The position numbers were made by a program, and so were the translations under genes. Below, piece after piece: positions 25,356 through 38,302 of a DNA stretch of 64,000 nt; within the stretch, counting starts at the first letter, position 1; each line of letters begins with the position of its first letter. The notes beneath the pieces are model-generated. The model did not search any database and was not told the origin of the DNA. It saw only the letters and a program-made list of their open reading frames with translations. The stretch is taken from positions 82,150,001-82,214,000 of the forward strand of contig NC_043002.1 of NCBI RefSeq assembly GCF_006345805.1. The letters run 5' to 3'. This DNA is from Octopus sinensis (lineage: Eukaryota).

Positions 25356-27069
25356 GGGAAATCTTTGCTTCTTGTTATTTATTACATTTTGGTGATCTTC
25401 TGTTTGGTTTTATTTTCCTCTGCTTGTGCTCTAAATATTAGATTGAAACTAAAGGGGGAAAAAAAAAAATGAGGGCAATGTATTATTTATGGAGTTTTAT
25501 ACAAAGTAATCTAGTTGACTTCTCTTGAAACTGATGTATCAATGAAGAGAATCTCCACGTAAGTCTCCCCCTCTTCCCACCACCCCTACCTCCCCCCTTT
25601 TCTTACTTTTTCTCATCCTGTCTTTCTTCCTCTTTATGTACTTCACCTCTTTCCTCCTCCTCCTCCTTTCCTCCCAACCTTCACTCCATACAATTACTCA
25701 CCTATACTTGTTTTCATTTTCTTGGGTTTTTCAAAGTCATTAAGAAATTCCAAAACACATACCCCCCCCCCAAAAAAAAACCCGCAAAAAACAAAAGAAG
25801 TGAAATTTCAAAAATGCTTTCTCTTTCTCTCTCTCTCTCTCTCTCTCTTCTGTCTGTCTATATATCTATATCTACTGTCTGTCTATCTCGTTTTCTCTCT
25901 TTCTCTCTTTCTCTCTCTCTCTCTCCTGTCTGTCTCCCTCTATTTCTCTCCCCCTCCTTCCCTCCTCTCTCTCCCTCTCACACGTATATGTATGCACAAT
26001 TCCCTCTTTCACATCTCCTCCAAAACTTGACAATTTGGAACAGTTTATTTCACATCAATCTACCACCAAAGTATCTTGAAGCTTATTTTCATTCACCCCC
26101 CCGAAGAAAGAAAAAAAGAAAAAAGAAAAAAAAAGAAAGAAAGAAAGAAAGAGGAAGGAACAGAAATTTTCCGATAATAATTTCAACTTGGTAGGGCGGC
26201 AGCAGAATGGGGGGGGGGGATCTGTCAGTGACACCTCAGTTGATTGTTTTCTGCTATTGTCAAATTTTCCACAATAATTAACACTTGTTATGCCATGTTT
26301 ACCCCCTCCTCCTCCTCTTCCTCCTCCTCCTCCCCCTCATCCTCTTCTCCACCCCCTCCTCCGTTAGCACCACTACACCATCACCACCATTATTATCACC
26401 ATCACCTATGTCATGTCTGCTCTCACCAAACTATTGCATTGATAACTTGCCTTTGAAAAGAAACCTTTCTTTCCTTTTTCTTGTTTTTGTTTTTGTTTTT
26501 GTTTTTCCTTTCCTTTCCTTTTTTTGTTTTGTTTTGTCAACTTCCTTGTTGTTGTAGCTGTTGTCGTTATTTTTCTTTAGAAAGTATCTGCATTTAATTA
26601 TTTATTCCACGTAATTTGTTTATTTATCACCTCACTGTACACTTTTTTGTTTTTGCTTGCACACATGCATACACACACACACACACACACACATTACATA
26701 TTACACATGCAGTTTTTGATACATACACCTCTGTGCAGAAGACAACACACACACATACATACATACATACATACATATACATGCACACATAAACAATGAC
26801 ATACCAGCAGCACATTCTGTCACACAGGCACAGTTTGAAAACCATCAAGCACTTGCACGTACAAGCACACACAGGCGCACACCTTCACTCACACTCACAG
26901 ACGCATGCACGCAAACATACACAGATATTACATCATACATACATGCTGCAAACAAAGCTATGTAACGTGCCCTTACACTCTCACACATGCTCATCATATA
27001 TGCGCATACATCACTCACATTTCATAATATCGACACACATACTCAGAGCCTTTCATTAGTTTTCGCTTA

Positions 27070-27070
<1 letters not shown>

Positions 27071-27102
<32 letters not shown>

Positions 27103-27670
27103 CCTCTTCATACCTGCCTCTCTCTCTCTCTTTCTCTCCCTCTTCATACCTGCCTCTCTCTCCTTTCTCTTCCCTCTTCATACCTGCCTCTCTCTCTCTC
27201 CTTTCTCTTCCCTCTTCATACCTGCCTCTCTCTCTCTCTTTCTCTCCCTCTTCATACCTGCCTCTCTCTCTCTTTCTCTCCCTCTTCATACCTGCCTCTC
27301 TCTCTCTTTCTCTCCCTCTTCATACCTGCCTCTCTCTCTCTTTCTCTCCCTCTTCATACCTGCCTCTCTCTCTCTCCTTTCTCTTCCCTCTTCATACCTA
27401 CCTCTCTCCTTTCTCTTCCCTCTTCATACCTGCCTCTCTCTCTCTCTTTCTCTCCCTCTTCATACCTGCCTCTCTTTCTCTCCCTCTTCATACCTGCCTC
27501 TCTCTCTCTCTCTTTCTCTCCCTCTTCATACCTGCCTCTCTCTCTCTTTCTCTCCCTCTTCATACCTGCCTCTCTCTCTCTTTCTCTCCCTCTTCATACC
27601 TGCCTCTCTCTCTTTCTCTTCCCTCTTCATACCTGCCTCTCTCTCTCTCCTTTCTCTCCTTTCTCCTCAT
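27071..27670. repeat. Pyrimidine-rich compound minisatellite, 16 units of TTCTCTCCCTCTTCATACCTGC(CT)n
   Basis: 16 CATACC cores counted; unit length varies with the (CT)n linker. Confidence 0.95.
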
Positions 27671-28355
27671 TTCTCTTTCTTAAGGAGTGAAAGTAACAAA
27701 TCATTTGAAACTCTTTTGTCACACATAGCTCAATTGAAAATTAGATTCACTATTATGGTTTAATATGAATCAGTCAGATTGTACAACATAACCTAATAGC
27801 TTTACTCTGTGTGTGTATGTGTGTGTGTGTGTCTATATATATATAAATATATACTATATACCATGTGTGAACAGACACAGGACTAGCTTCTTCCTATTTC
27901 TGTTTTTTTAGCTTGCTGTTCTCTTGTCATTCTTCTGGCTACAGTCATTGAACTGCGACTGTGCTATAGCCACTACCTTCAAAGGTTTTCTTTTTCTATT
28001 TTTTTACCTGTTTTTAGCCACCCATATTGCACCCCACCCCCCACTCCCTTCGTTCTTATTTCTGTCTAGTGTTTTAATCATCTTTGTTTATTGGAAAGAC
28101 TAAGTGTTGTTAACCTTTTGAAATAAAGGGGCACAACTGTACACACTGCTTATACTGGATGGAGCATTTTGATTGCTTTTTTATTTAATTTATTTTTGTG
28201 TTTTTATTTTTTGCTTTTCCTTGTCTTTTCTCTTCACTATTCTACATTCTTTTCCAAAGAAAGACAGTGTCTGAAACAATTAACTCTTTCCATTTTTCCT
28301 GAATATCAAACTCATGGTTTTGAAACTGTGCAGGAACTTATGTTTTTGTCTAACT

Positions 28356-28388
<33 letters not shown>

Positions 28389-28391
<3 letters not shown>

Positions 28392-28786
28392 TGCAGGAGT
28401 GGCTGTGTGGTAAGAAGCTTGGTTCCAGGTTCAGTCCCACTGCATCGCACCTTGGGCAACTGTCTTCTACTATAGCCTCAGGCTGACCAAAGCCTTGTGA
28501 GTGGATTTGGTAGATGAAAACTGCAAGAAGCCTATCGTATATTTCTATATGTGTGTGTGTGTGTGGTGTATGTATTTGTGTGCCTGTGTTTGACCCCTAC
28601 AATCGCATGACAACCGATGTTGGTGTGTTTACGTCTCTGTAACTTAGCAGTTCAGCAATAAGGACTGATAGAATATGTACTAAGCTTACAAAGAATAAGT
28701 CCTGAGGTCAATTTGTTTGACTAAAGAGGCAGTGCTCCAGCATGGCCACAGTCAAATAAATGAAACAAGTAAAAGAATGTAAGAAT
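28389..28786 (+). mobile_element. SINE family A, full length
   Basis: GGTGCAGGAGTGGCTGTGTGGTAAG head through TGAAACAAGTAAAAGAAT tail. Confidence 0.9.
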
Positions 28787-29039
28787 ACACACACACACAC
28801 ACACACACATTATATCATATATAATGTCTGTGTGTATCTATATGTGGACAAATGTTTACATTTCTTGTTGACATCATGACCTAATGCCAACAACCAGTGG
28901 AACAAAATATCCTTTACATGTAAAACAAGTAGGGTTTGGTAGACATGAAGAGCATCCCACCATGAAATGTTACCTCAAACGAATCTTCATCCAGCATGCT
29001 AAAACAAATAAACATCATCACTACCGCAACCCCAACAAC

Positions 29040-29240
29040 CATCATCATCATCATCATCTAATATCTATATTCCATGTTGCTGACATGGGTTGGATGGTTT
29101 AGCAGGGGCTGATAAGCCAGAGGACTGGGACAGCACCATATTCCACTGTCTGCTCTGGTGTGGCTTCTACAGCTGGATGCCCTTTGAAATGCCAAACCAC
29201 TTTACAGAGTGGATTGTGTGCTTTTTACATGGCACCAACA
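29040..29240 (-). mobile_element. (GAT)n-tailed retroposon 3' end (family D)
   Basis: Reverse of the GCATCCAGCTGTAGAA...CATGGAA...GATGATGAT end seen at 47170-47330. Confidence 0.65.
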
Positions 29241-32220
29241 AGACAGAACAAACAAGTGTGTGTGTGTGTGTGTGTGCATGCGTGCATAAGGGTTAGCACT
29301 TCAAGTTCCAGCCATTTGAAGAGGAAACAAGTGCCAGGTTGAAATAAGTATTGAGATCAATTTGAGATCAATACACCCCAGCAAGGTTGGTTGCTGCCTG
29401 TGTCACATTTGTCTTGGGAAATGGTTCTGTTTTGTGTTGTAAATGTTGTAAATCTATGCTCCTCAGTCTCTGTAAAATAAAACAGGGGTCAATTCAATCT
29501 AATACCACCAATATACCTTTATACACACATACACACAAATTAATGGTTTTGTGTTAATCTAAGGAATTATTATATCCATCCACTCTGTTAATATTTCCTT
29601 GTTTAGATTACATTAGAAATTGGTCTCAAAATGTCTTTTAGAGAGAGAGAGAGAAAGAGCAAAAAAAAAAAAAATTGCTACAGCTACATACCAAAGTTCT
29701 CTGATGAAATATATCCTCTTATATAAGCTTGCAAGAACTCTGATTTTTTTTTTTCTTCCCCTACACATTCATTTGTTTATTTAAACCTGAATACATAATA
29801 ATACCAAAGTATTTTAGTTAGCAATAATGGCAGTTAATAAAAGAGGATGTTGAAAATATCTTTAGCTGCATCAGACTTAAATTGCATATTAGTAACGTAG
29901 TAATTACTTGTAGTAGCAAATTATTCAGCTAATATTACAAGTGGCTTTTGGGGATAACGACTTGAAAATAAGGAAATGCCACTTCATCCATAATCTAAGT
30001 TCTGTTCAAGGAATATAGAAAGTAAGCTTATTGGTTGTATTTGTTATTACTATTTATGTACAGATGATGATGATAATGTGTGTGTATATATGTGTGTGTG
30101 TATTGAAAGTTAATTCTAAATACATCTATTTTCTCAAGCCCTATGTCAAGCCCTATGTCAATTTATAGGATTTCAATCGGTTGAGGAACATGTTGTGATC
30201 ATTGTTGTTTCGGAGGCTAGTATACTGTAGCAGCTAGTGCACTAATATGACCATTGGGTTCTTTTTGTTTACTTTTCTTCTTCTTCTTTCATTTTTATTT
30301 TTTATTTTTGTTCTCTCTCCCTGGTGAAAGCAACAAGCTAGTATTTAAGATAGTAAAACTGCACCGTAAAACCTCTTTGGCAACAGATTACCTGCCAGCC
30401 ATTTCTATTGTGATAGAAATCGGCTAACTCTATTTGTGTGTTGATAACTTTTATATTTCTATTTAGTTTTATTATTATTATTATTGCCTATTTAATCACC
30501 TAAAACCATTTTCTGTCTAAAAAATAAATAAATACATACATCACTACCAAAACAACAACAATAACAAATAAAAAATCAACACCAAACTAGCTTGTTTTAT
30601 TAAAAGACCTACTTTCCATTCTTTAGGATTTTGTTTAAGTGACAAAACATCTCAACTAAGGATTTGTATTTACTCAGACTGGTTCACAGTAAGTGCTAGT
30701 GTGTTTGACTGGTCTTTACACTAGTAGAACTGTGTCTATAGACAGGATGTGGCTGGCTGTTTCCGTCATCCAGCAGGAGGCTTTAATCCACCATTCATTG
30801 ATCTAACAACATATTACATCCTCTCACTCTCCTCGTCCTCCATTCTCCTCCTCCTCGGCCTCCTGACCCCCCATCCTCCAATCGTCATCTTGTACAGAAA
30901 CAGTTTTGAGTGTACACATGATGGTGGTGGTGGTGGTGGTGGTGGTGGTGGTGATGGTGGCAGCAGTTTGTGAGAGATGTTTTGCACCTGTTTACCTAAC
31001 CCTCTCTGCTGGCCTATCAACAATAGCCCCCTTCACCCACCTACCCACCCACCCCCAATGGCTTGTAGTTTTAGTTCCAGTCTTCTTTTTAAAGCACACT
31101 ACTACACAAACGCAGTTTGAGAGATTTCTGCAGTTGAGGAAAGAAGTAAAAAAAAAAAAAAAGAGCCAAAAACAAACCCCTTCTTACATTTGTTTTCTTC
31201 TTACACACACTTGTTTTTCTTATACATACATACATACATTCATTCATTCATTCAATTGTTCATTTGACTCCGCACTTGTGTGTGTGTGTGTGTATGTGGG
31301 AGAGTGGAAAGGTGTTGTATAGCCTACTGATTAGAAGAACCCTCTAGAATTTTATTATTATTGTTATTATTATTTTCAATGCCATATGCTAATAATGCAG
31401 CATTAAACTTCCATTCCAATGAATGTTATGAATCACAGGTAAATGTCTTTATTTCACAAAAGAAAAGCTCATGTATATATGTGCACATGCATACATATCT
31501 GTGTGTGTGTGTGTGTGTGCAAAATATAGCATGAATCAGAAGTATTGAAATTAATTTAAATATTTGAAAGCCTCAGCTGTGACAATGAACTACATAAGAA
31601 TATATACACATTCCTTATACACTTTCAATGTACAGAGAAAAAGAGGGGGAGCATATATAGGTGTGTGTGTGTGTGTGTGTGTAGAGGTCAATACGTGTGT
31701 ATGCGTATGTATTTATTTATGTAAATATATGTCAATAAGTGCATACATATATGCATATGCATGTGTATACGTACCCCACAGAAACTATAACAAGCATTTT
31801 TTTTTTTTGTTTCTCTTTAATCTATTTAATCTAATTTGTTTATCTATTATCACTCTGTTTAAACCATTTTTGACCATGGGGGATATTTTTGCTTTAAAAT
31901 CAAAAATTCTTGTGTTGACTTTATGATCCCTTAGCTACCATTTTCCATGCATGTATATCACATATACAATTGAAGTGGTGTGTGTGTGATTATTTGTTTG
32001 AAATGTTGTTTTTTTCCATAGCTAGACATGGCTTAGATTGGAGTAAATTTTGAGACATTTTTTTTATGGTTGGATGCATTTCTTGTCACCAGCATTTACC
32101 TGTTTTTCAAGTTGGGAATTTTTTTAATTCTAGAGTAATTTGAAAGCGCAGAACTTGTGGATAGTTTGTTGACAGGAAATGTCATTGAACCTCACTGGTT
32201 ACAACTTAACCACAAAGAAT

Positions 32221-34092
32221 GGTGTCACTATCCATACCTGCAGCTCAGTCTAATTTTTTTGTAGATATAGAAATGCACTTGTGCACTGGTGTCACTATCC
32301 ATACCTGCAGCTCAGTCTAATTTTTTTGTACATATAGAAATGCACTTGTGCACTGGTGTCACTATCTATACCTGCAGCTCAGTCTAATTTTTTTGTACAT
32401 ATAGAAATGCACTTGTGCACTGGTGTCACTATCCATACCTGCAGCTCAATCTAATTTTTTTGTACATATAGAAATGCACTTGTGCACTGGTGTCACTATC
32501 CATACCTGCAGCTCAATCTAATTTTTTTGTACATATAGAAATGCACTTGTGCACTGGTGTCGCTATCCATACCTGCAGCTCAATCTAATTTTTTTGTACA
32601 TATAGAAATGCACTTGTGCACTGGTGTCGCTATCCATACCTGCAGCTCAATCTAATTTTTTTGTACATATAGAAATGCACTTGTGCACTGGTGTCGCTAT
32701 CCATACCTGCAGCTCAGTCTAATTTTTTTGTACATATAGAAATGCACTTGTGCACTGGTGTCGCTATCCATACCTGCAGCTCAGTCTAATTTTTTTGTAC
32801 ATATAGAAATGCACTTGTGCACTGGTGTCACTATCCATACCTGCAGCTCAATCTAATTTTTTTGTACATATAGAAATGCACTTGTGCACTGGTGTCACTA
32901 TCTATACCTGCAGCTCAGTCTAATTTTTTTGTACATATAGAAATGCACTTGTGCACTGGTGTCACTATCCATACCTGCAGCTCAATCTAATTTTTTTGTA
33001 CATATAGAAATGCACTTGTGCACTGGTGTCACTATCTATACCTGCAGCTCAGTCTAATTTTTTGTACATATAGAAATGCACTGTGCACTGGTGTCACTAT
33101 CCATACCTGCAGCTCAATCTAATTTTTTTGTACATATAGAAATGCACTTGTGCACTGGTGTCACTATCTATACCTGCAGCTCAGTCTAATTTTTTTGTAC
33201 ATATAGAAATGCACTTGTGCACTGGTGTCACTATCCATACCTGCAGCTCAATCTAATTTTTTTGTACATATAGAAATGCACTTGTGCACTGGTGTCGCTA
33301 TCCATACCTGCAGCTCAGTCTAATTTTTTTGTACATATAGAAAAGCACTTGTGCACTGGTGTCACTATCCATACCTGCAGCTCAATCTAATTTTTTTGTA
33401 CATATAGAAATGCACTTGTGCACTGGTGCCACTATCCATACCTGCAGCTCAGTCTAATTTTTTTGTACATATAGAAATGCACTTGTGCACTAGTGTCACT
33501 ATCCATACCTGCAGCTCAATCTAATTTTTTTGTACATATAGAAATGCACTTGTGCACTAGTGTCACTATCCATACCTGCAGCTCAATCTAATTTTTTTGT
33601 ACATATAGAAATGCACTTGTGCACTAGTGTCACTATCCATACCTGCAGCTCAATCTAATTTTTTTGTACATATAGAAATGCACTTGTGCACTAGTGTCAC
33701 TATCCATACCTGCAGCTCAATCTAATTTTTTTGTACATATAGAAATGCACTTGTGCACTAGTGTCACTATCCATACCTGCAGCTCAATCTAATTTTTTTG
33801 TACATATAGAAATGCACTTGTGCACTGGTGTCGCTATCCATACCTGCAGCTCAATCTAATTTTTTTGTACATATAGAAATGCACTTGTGCACTGGTGTCA
33901 CTATCCATACCTGCAGCTCAGTCTAATTTTCTTGTACATATAAAATGCACTTGTGCACTAGTGTCACTATCCATACCTGCAGCTCAATCTAATTTTTTTG
34001 TACATATAGAAATGCACTTGTGCACTAGTGTCACTATCCATACCTGCAGCTCAGTCTAATTTTTTTGTACATATAGAAATGCACTTGTGCAC
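32221..34092. repeat. Minisatellite, 28 units of 67 bp
   Basis: Unit GGTGTCACTATCCATACCTGCAGCTCA(G/A)TCTAATTTTTTTGTACATATAGAAATGCACTTGTGCACT. Starts at 32221, 32288, 32355 ... 34027; unit 14 start is shifted by short deletions. Confidence 0.99.
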
Positions 34093-34183
34093 AACATGTC
34101 TCACAGGCACACACACTCACACATACACATGCAACAAGATTCTTTCAGCTTATTGGTTGGCACAGAGTTATACTAGAAAGATA

Positions 34184-34408
34184 CTTATTTCTTTATTGCC
34201 CACTAAGGGCTAAACATAGAGGGGACAAAGAAGGACAAAGGGATTCAGTCGATTATATCGACTCCAGTGTGTAACTGGTACTTAATTTATCGACCCCAAA
34301 AGGATGAAAGGCAAACTTGATCTTGGCGGAATTTGAACTCAGAACTCAGATGAAATACCGCTAAGCATTTTGCCCAGCATGCTAACGTTTCTGTCAGCTT
34401 ACTGCCTT
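34184..34408 (-). mobile_element. SINE family B2
   Basis: Reverse of 6572-6802 including the variant tail. Confidence 0.85.
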
Positions 34409-34584
34409 TCTGAAGGCACTGCACTAAGGATTTGAACCCCACCAAACTACATGATAGAAAACCAAACCTAAAACCACACAGCGCATGTGTGCACACGTAT
34501 GCACACATACACTACAGTGTTCACTTACCTTTTCTGGAATCAGTTTTGTATTCAAAAGGAGAAATGCAATGTACCTCACAATTA

Positions 34585-34985
34585 TTAGTTTCAAATTTTA
34601 ACACAAGGCCAGCAATTTCGGAGGAATGGGGTTAATCGATTACATTGACCCCAGTGCCCAAAAGGATGAAAGGAAAAGTCGACCTTGCTGGAATTTGAAC
34701 TCGGAATGTAAAGACAAAACGAAATGCTGCTAAGCATTTTTTGCTTGGTGTGCTAACAGTTCTGCCAGCTCGATGTCACCAATGTATACCATAATTATTA
34801 ATTACTACGGAGTTGTGATGGCACCAAGCTCAACTTTGCCTTTCATTCTTTTGGTGGCGGTGGCGGCGGTGGTCACAGTTATGGTAGGGATCGATGAAAT
34901 AAGCACAAGCTGTGCATCAGGGTTGATGCAACTGACTTGCCCCTCCCCTCAAACGTGTTGGCCTTGTGCCAAATATTTAATAAAA
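34585..34985. mobile_element. Head-to-head pair of SINE-B copies (minus 34585-34775, plus about 34800-34985)
   Basis: AAGGATGAAAGGAAAAGTCGACC followed by CAACTTTGCCTTTCATTC. Confidence 0.7.
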
Positions 34986-35554
34986 TAATTATTAGCTCCT
35001 CCTCCTTTTACTACTACTACTACTACCAACATTGCCACCACAGTTCCACAGCAAACTGGAGAGCTGGAAATTAGCAAAACACCTTTACAATACTGTATAT
35101 AACAGAAAGAAAAAAAAGGTGGATGACATATTTGTTGCACCAGTTCTACCAGACTGCATCTACCTGATATTATTGGAGGCAATGGTTGGCTATAACCATG
35201 AATGGCTCCCATACTTTGTCTTCTATTTCATTTTATTCATTTATTTATTTATTTATTGCATATTTCCCCCTGGTAACACTAGTAACAATATATGTATGTA
35301 TGTGTGTGTGTGTATGTATGTATTTTTCAGAATTGCAAATTTTATTTCTTTAGCATTGTATTAAAAAGGAAAAAAAAAAAATTGCTGGCAGTTCTTTAGA
35401 GAATAAGTTTTATTGATATCAAACATTTCTCCTTCTGACTTCTCAGCTATATTCAACAATGAACTCTGTCACTTGACTTGGACTCTTTCGCTAAACAATA
35501 TATCCTCTCTATATTATTTACTTATACTTCTCCTCTATCCTCTAATCTAATATG

Positions 35555-35588
<34 letters not shown>

Positions 35589-36149
35589 GTATATATATAT
35601 ATATCCTACTTGTTACTTTATCATATTGCCTATTGTATGATTAGTGCTCTGTGTGTGTGTGCATGCGTGGGCACGCTCATCTATGTGTGTATGTATGTAT
35701 GTATATATATATGTGTGTGTGTGTATGGAGGCGGATTTCTGCCCATGTATATAATTCAATAAAATACTCATACATTCACATAAGTGATTCAGTGAACTGT
35801 TTATTTATTTATTTATTTATTTTATTTACTATGTTTGATTTTTCTCTGTCTAAATTGGATTTGATATATAAACAGACAGACAAATATGCCTAAGCCATAA
35901 TATACCACACATGGGTATGCAAAAGAAAGGAATGGTAATTGTAGGTGTTGGAGACGGGGTGGGGTGGGGGCCGACAAATTTTTACAGACAATTCTTCCCC
36001 CCACCCTCAGTTTGGTTTCGCAATAATTGGTGGTGGTGATGAATAAAATACAAATGTTTAATCATTCTTCGTTACCTCAAATCAGTAATTTTCAAACAAT
36101 CAGCGAAGCCCCCCCTCCTTTTCTTTCCCCTCTTTAATAATGGTTTAAT

Positions 36150-36368
36150 GGTTTCAAATTTCGGCATAAGGCCAGCAAGTTTTGGAGAAGGGAACCTCAT
36201 TGATTACATCAACCCTAGTGTTTAAATGGTGCTTATTTTATCGACCCCCAAACGGATGAAAACCAAAGTGAACCCCAGTGGAACTTGAACTCAGAACATA
36301 AAGACTGACTTAAGAGTTGCTAAGCATTTTGCCCAGTGTGCTAGCAATTCTGCCAGCTCGCCATCTTA
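36150..36368 (-). mobile_element. SINE family B
   Basis: TTTTATCGACCCCCAAACGGATGAAA...TTCTGCCAGCTCGCC. Confidence 0.8.
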
Positions 36369-36964
36369 CTTTCCATCTTTAATAATGAGAAGACACGATA
36401 GTCTTCATCCATATAACTCTATCTTTGCTGTTGGACAAGTTTAAGAAGTATCTAATTTTATTAAACATGGTAATTCCACCCCACTCACTTCCTTTCATAC
36501 CCCCATGGGGCTCTACATCGTTCTGTGAGAAACGTCTCTCTAGATACTCTTTAATTTAATTTCATTTTTAAAAGTGAAGATAGACAGAGTGGTATAATAT
36601 CATCTCTCAGTAGCATTACAAACTACAAAATAGTTGCCTACTTTCTTGTTTGTGCGCATATTGTTTGCTGTATTAAATAGCATTTAATTACAGGAAACAA
36701 CACTGTCATGTGTGTTTGTGTGTATGTAATATTAATTAATAAATGACAAAAGAACAGGCATTTCATAATTACATTCATTAGCTCACAGCCGTTTCTGCTG
36801 TAAGGAACACTGCACCCAATATTGAATGTCAGTGTGACTTCATCATGGTCCTTAATGATGTATCTTTATTAAGAAAAGCATTTAAATATACAGATATACA
36901 CATCATACTTACATACATATAAATATATATATATATATTCATTCATACTAGTTTTTTTCTCTCT

Positions 36965-37000
<36 letters not shown>

Positions 37001-37893
37001 TGCATTATATTACTCAGTTGCCATAGGTTTCATTGGACAACCATAAACAAGCATATATAATACTTCATCTGTAGTTGCCCTCTCAGTTATGCTTACTCAT
37101 TCTTACCAAGAATTATTAAAGTTGCTTCAAAATTATTCCTTGCTGCTACAACTACTACTACTGCTACTGCTGCTGCTGCTATTTTGCTAATTCAAGATGT
37201 GAATACAGAAAAGTATTCATGTCTTAAATTTTAAGAAACAAAAAGTTTTTAATCAAAAGAACAGGATATGTACATATTCAGACACTTTATTCTTATTTTA
37301 ATTTTTTTTTTTTTTCTTTAACATGTGATAAAGAATGTCTGTGATATCTGGATATGTGTTTGTATAAGTAAAATCTAACACATGTTTTGTTTAAGAAAAG
37401 AAAACATGGGAAAAAAAAAATTTAGGAAAAATATATAAAAAAAACTAGAACTAGAAATGTAGCTATCCTTGACCGAAAACACATGCATACCCACACACAC
37501 ACATATAAGATCTACTTTAAATTTAAATCGTTATTAATATCTTAAAAGTTGCTCTGTTTTAATTAACTCTTCTGTATGACTTGTTAAACTGAAAATTCTA
37601 AACTCTGCGTGATATTTTATACTTCATTTCTTTTTCCTCTTGAGATTTTCAAAATCTTACAAATTACATGCTCCGTGAAGATATTTTCAACCAATTTTAA
37701 TATATATAAAGGCGTTTGCCTTTAAATGTGCAATAATTTCTTGTTTAGTTCACTCGCTTTATGTATTTCAATGTATTTATTTTCAGAGTGTATTGCCTTT
37801 TTTTTTTTTTTCTGTTTGTTTTGTTTTGTTTCTATACAGTTTACTGTGGCTTGTTTACCACATCTGATCTTATGTTATTTGCTGTCCAACATT

Positions 37894-37922
37894 TGCTAAC
37901 CACTTCTTTTCATTTCTTTCAG
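37894..37922 (+). promoter_or_regulatory. Branch point, polypyrimidine tract and 3' splice site
   Basis: TGCTAAC (37894-37900) followed by cacttcttttcatttctttcag. Confidence 0.8.
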
Positions 37923-38043
37923 GGGGGTAAGATGTCAATGGTCCAGCCGCCACTGGCCAGCCTCATGATGTATAATAATGATTACAGTCAACCTCCTCCA
38001 GCTCATATGGGAATTCCACCTGTACATATCGATCCAAAAACAG
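37923..38043 (+). CDS. TCF/pan: TCF/LEF (pangolin) internal coding exon: GGKMSMVQPPLASLMMYNNDYSQPPPAHMGIPPVHIDPKT+G
   Basis: Acceptor ttcatttctttcAG (37921-22) with branch point TGCTAAC; donor AG|GTAAAC at 38044. 121 nt, phase 0 to phase 1. PPPAHMGIPP and DPKTG match pangolin/TCF7L2 (Drosophila PPPAHMGIPP, vertebrate ...DVDPKTG), with the same phase-1 intron after DPKT-G. Confidence 0.95.
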
Positions 38044-38082
38044 GTAAACAATCTACTACTTTTCTTCTTTTTTTAATTTTAA

Positions 38083-38302
38083 CCCTTTCATTACCGTATT
38101 TATTTAGAGATGCTCTGTGTTTCTTTCAATTACTTTAAATATAACAAAGAATTTAGTAAAATAACTTAGTTATCATTAAGCTAGTGTTAGGAATATAAAT
38201 TGTGAATAAGGTTTGGTGGAAGATTTTAATTCAAAACTTATGAAAACAAGACATTTGTACTCAGAGCCAGAGCCGGTTTCAGCTGGGTTGGTAATGTAAG
38301 GG
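38083..38302 (-). mobile_element. piggyBac-like MITE family C
   Basis: TTAA (38079-82)|CCCTTTCATTACC ... GGTAATGTAAGGG|TTAA (38303-06). Reverse of 18679-18902. Confidence 0.92.

Noticed and set aside
26987-27763. 258-aa ORF, the longest in the track
   Set aside because: It is the translation of the pyrimidine minisatellite (SLSL/FIPAS repeats), with no domain or splice support
30133-30160. 12-bp tandem duplication TCAAGCCCTATG
   Set aside because: Ordinary slippage-type duplication with no further structure
32221-34092. CRISPR-like array
   Set aside because: Units are contiguous and near-identical with no unique spacers; eukaryotic intron, no cas genes
37787-37840. Upstream alternative acceptors (AG ending 37786 and 37839)
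   Set aside because: They would add 136 or 83 nt, both out of frame for a phase-0 intron, and the branch point at 37894-37900 favours 37923
37761-38138. 125-aa ORF as a complete gene
   Set aside because: Only 37923-38043 is TCF-like. The flanks are poly-T intron and MITE sequence, and canonical splice sites bound the exon.
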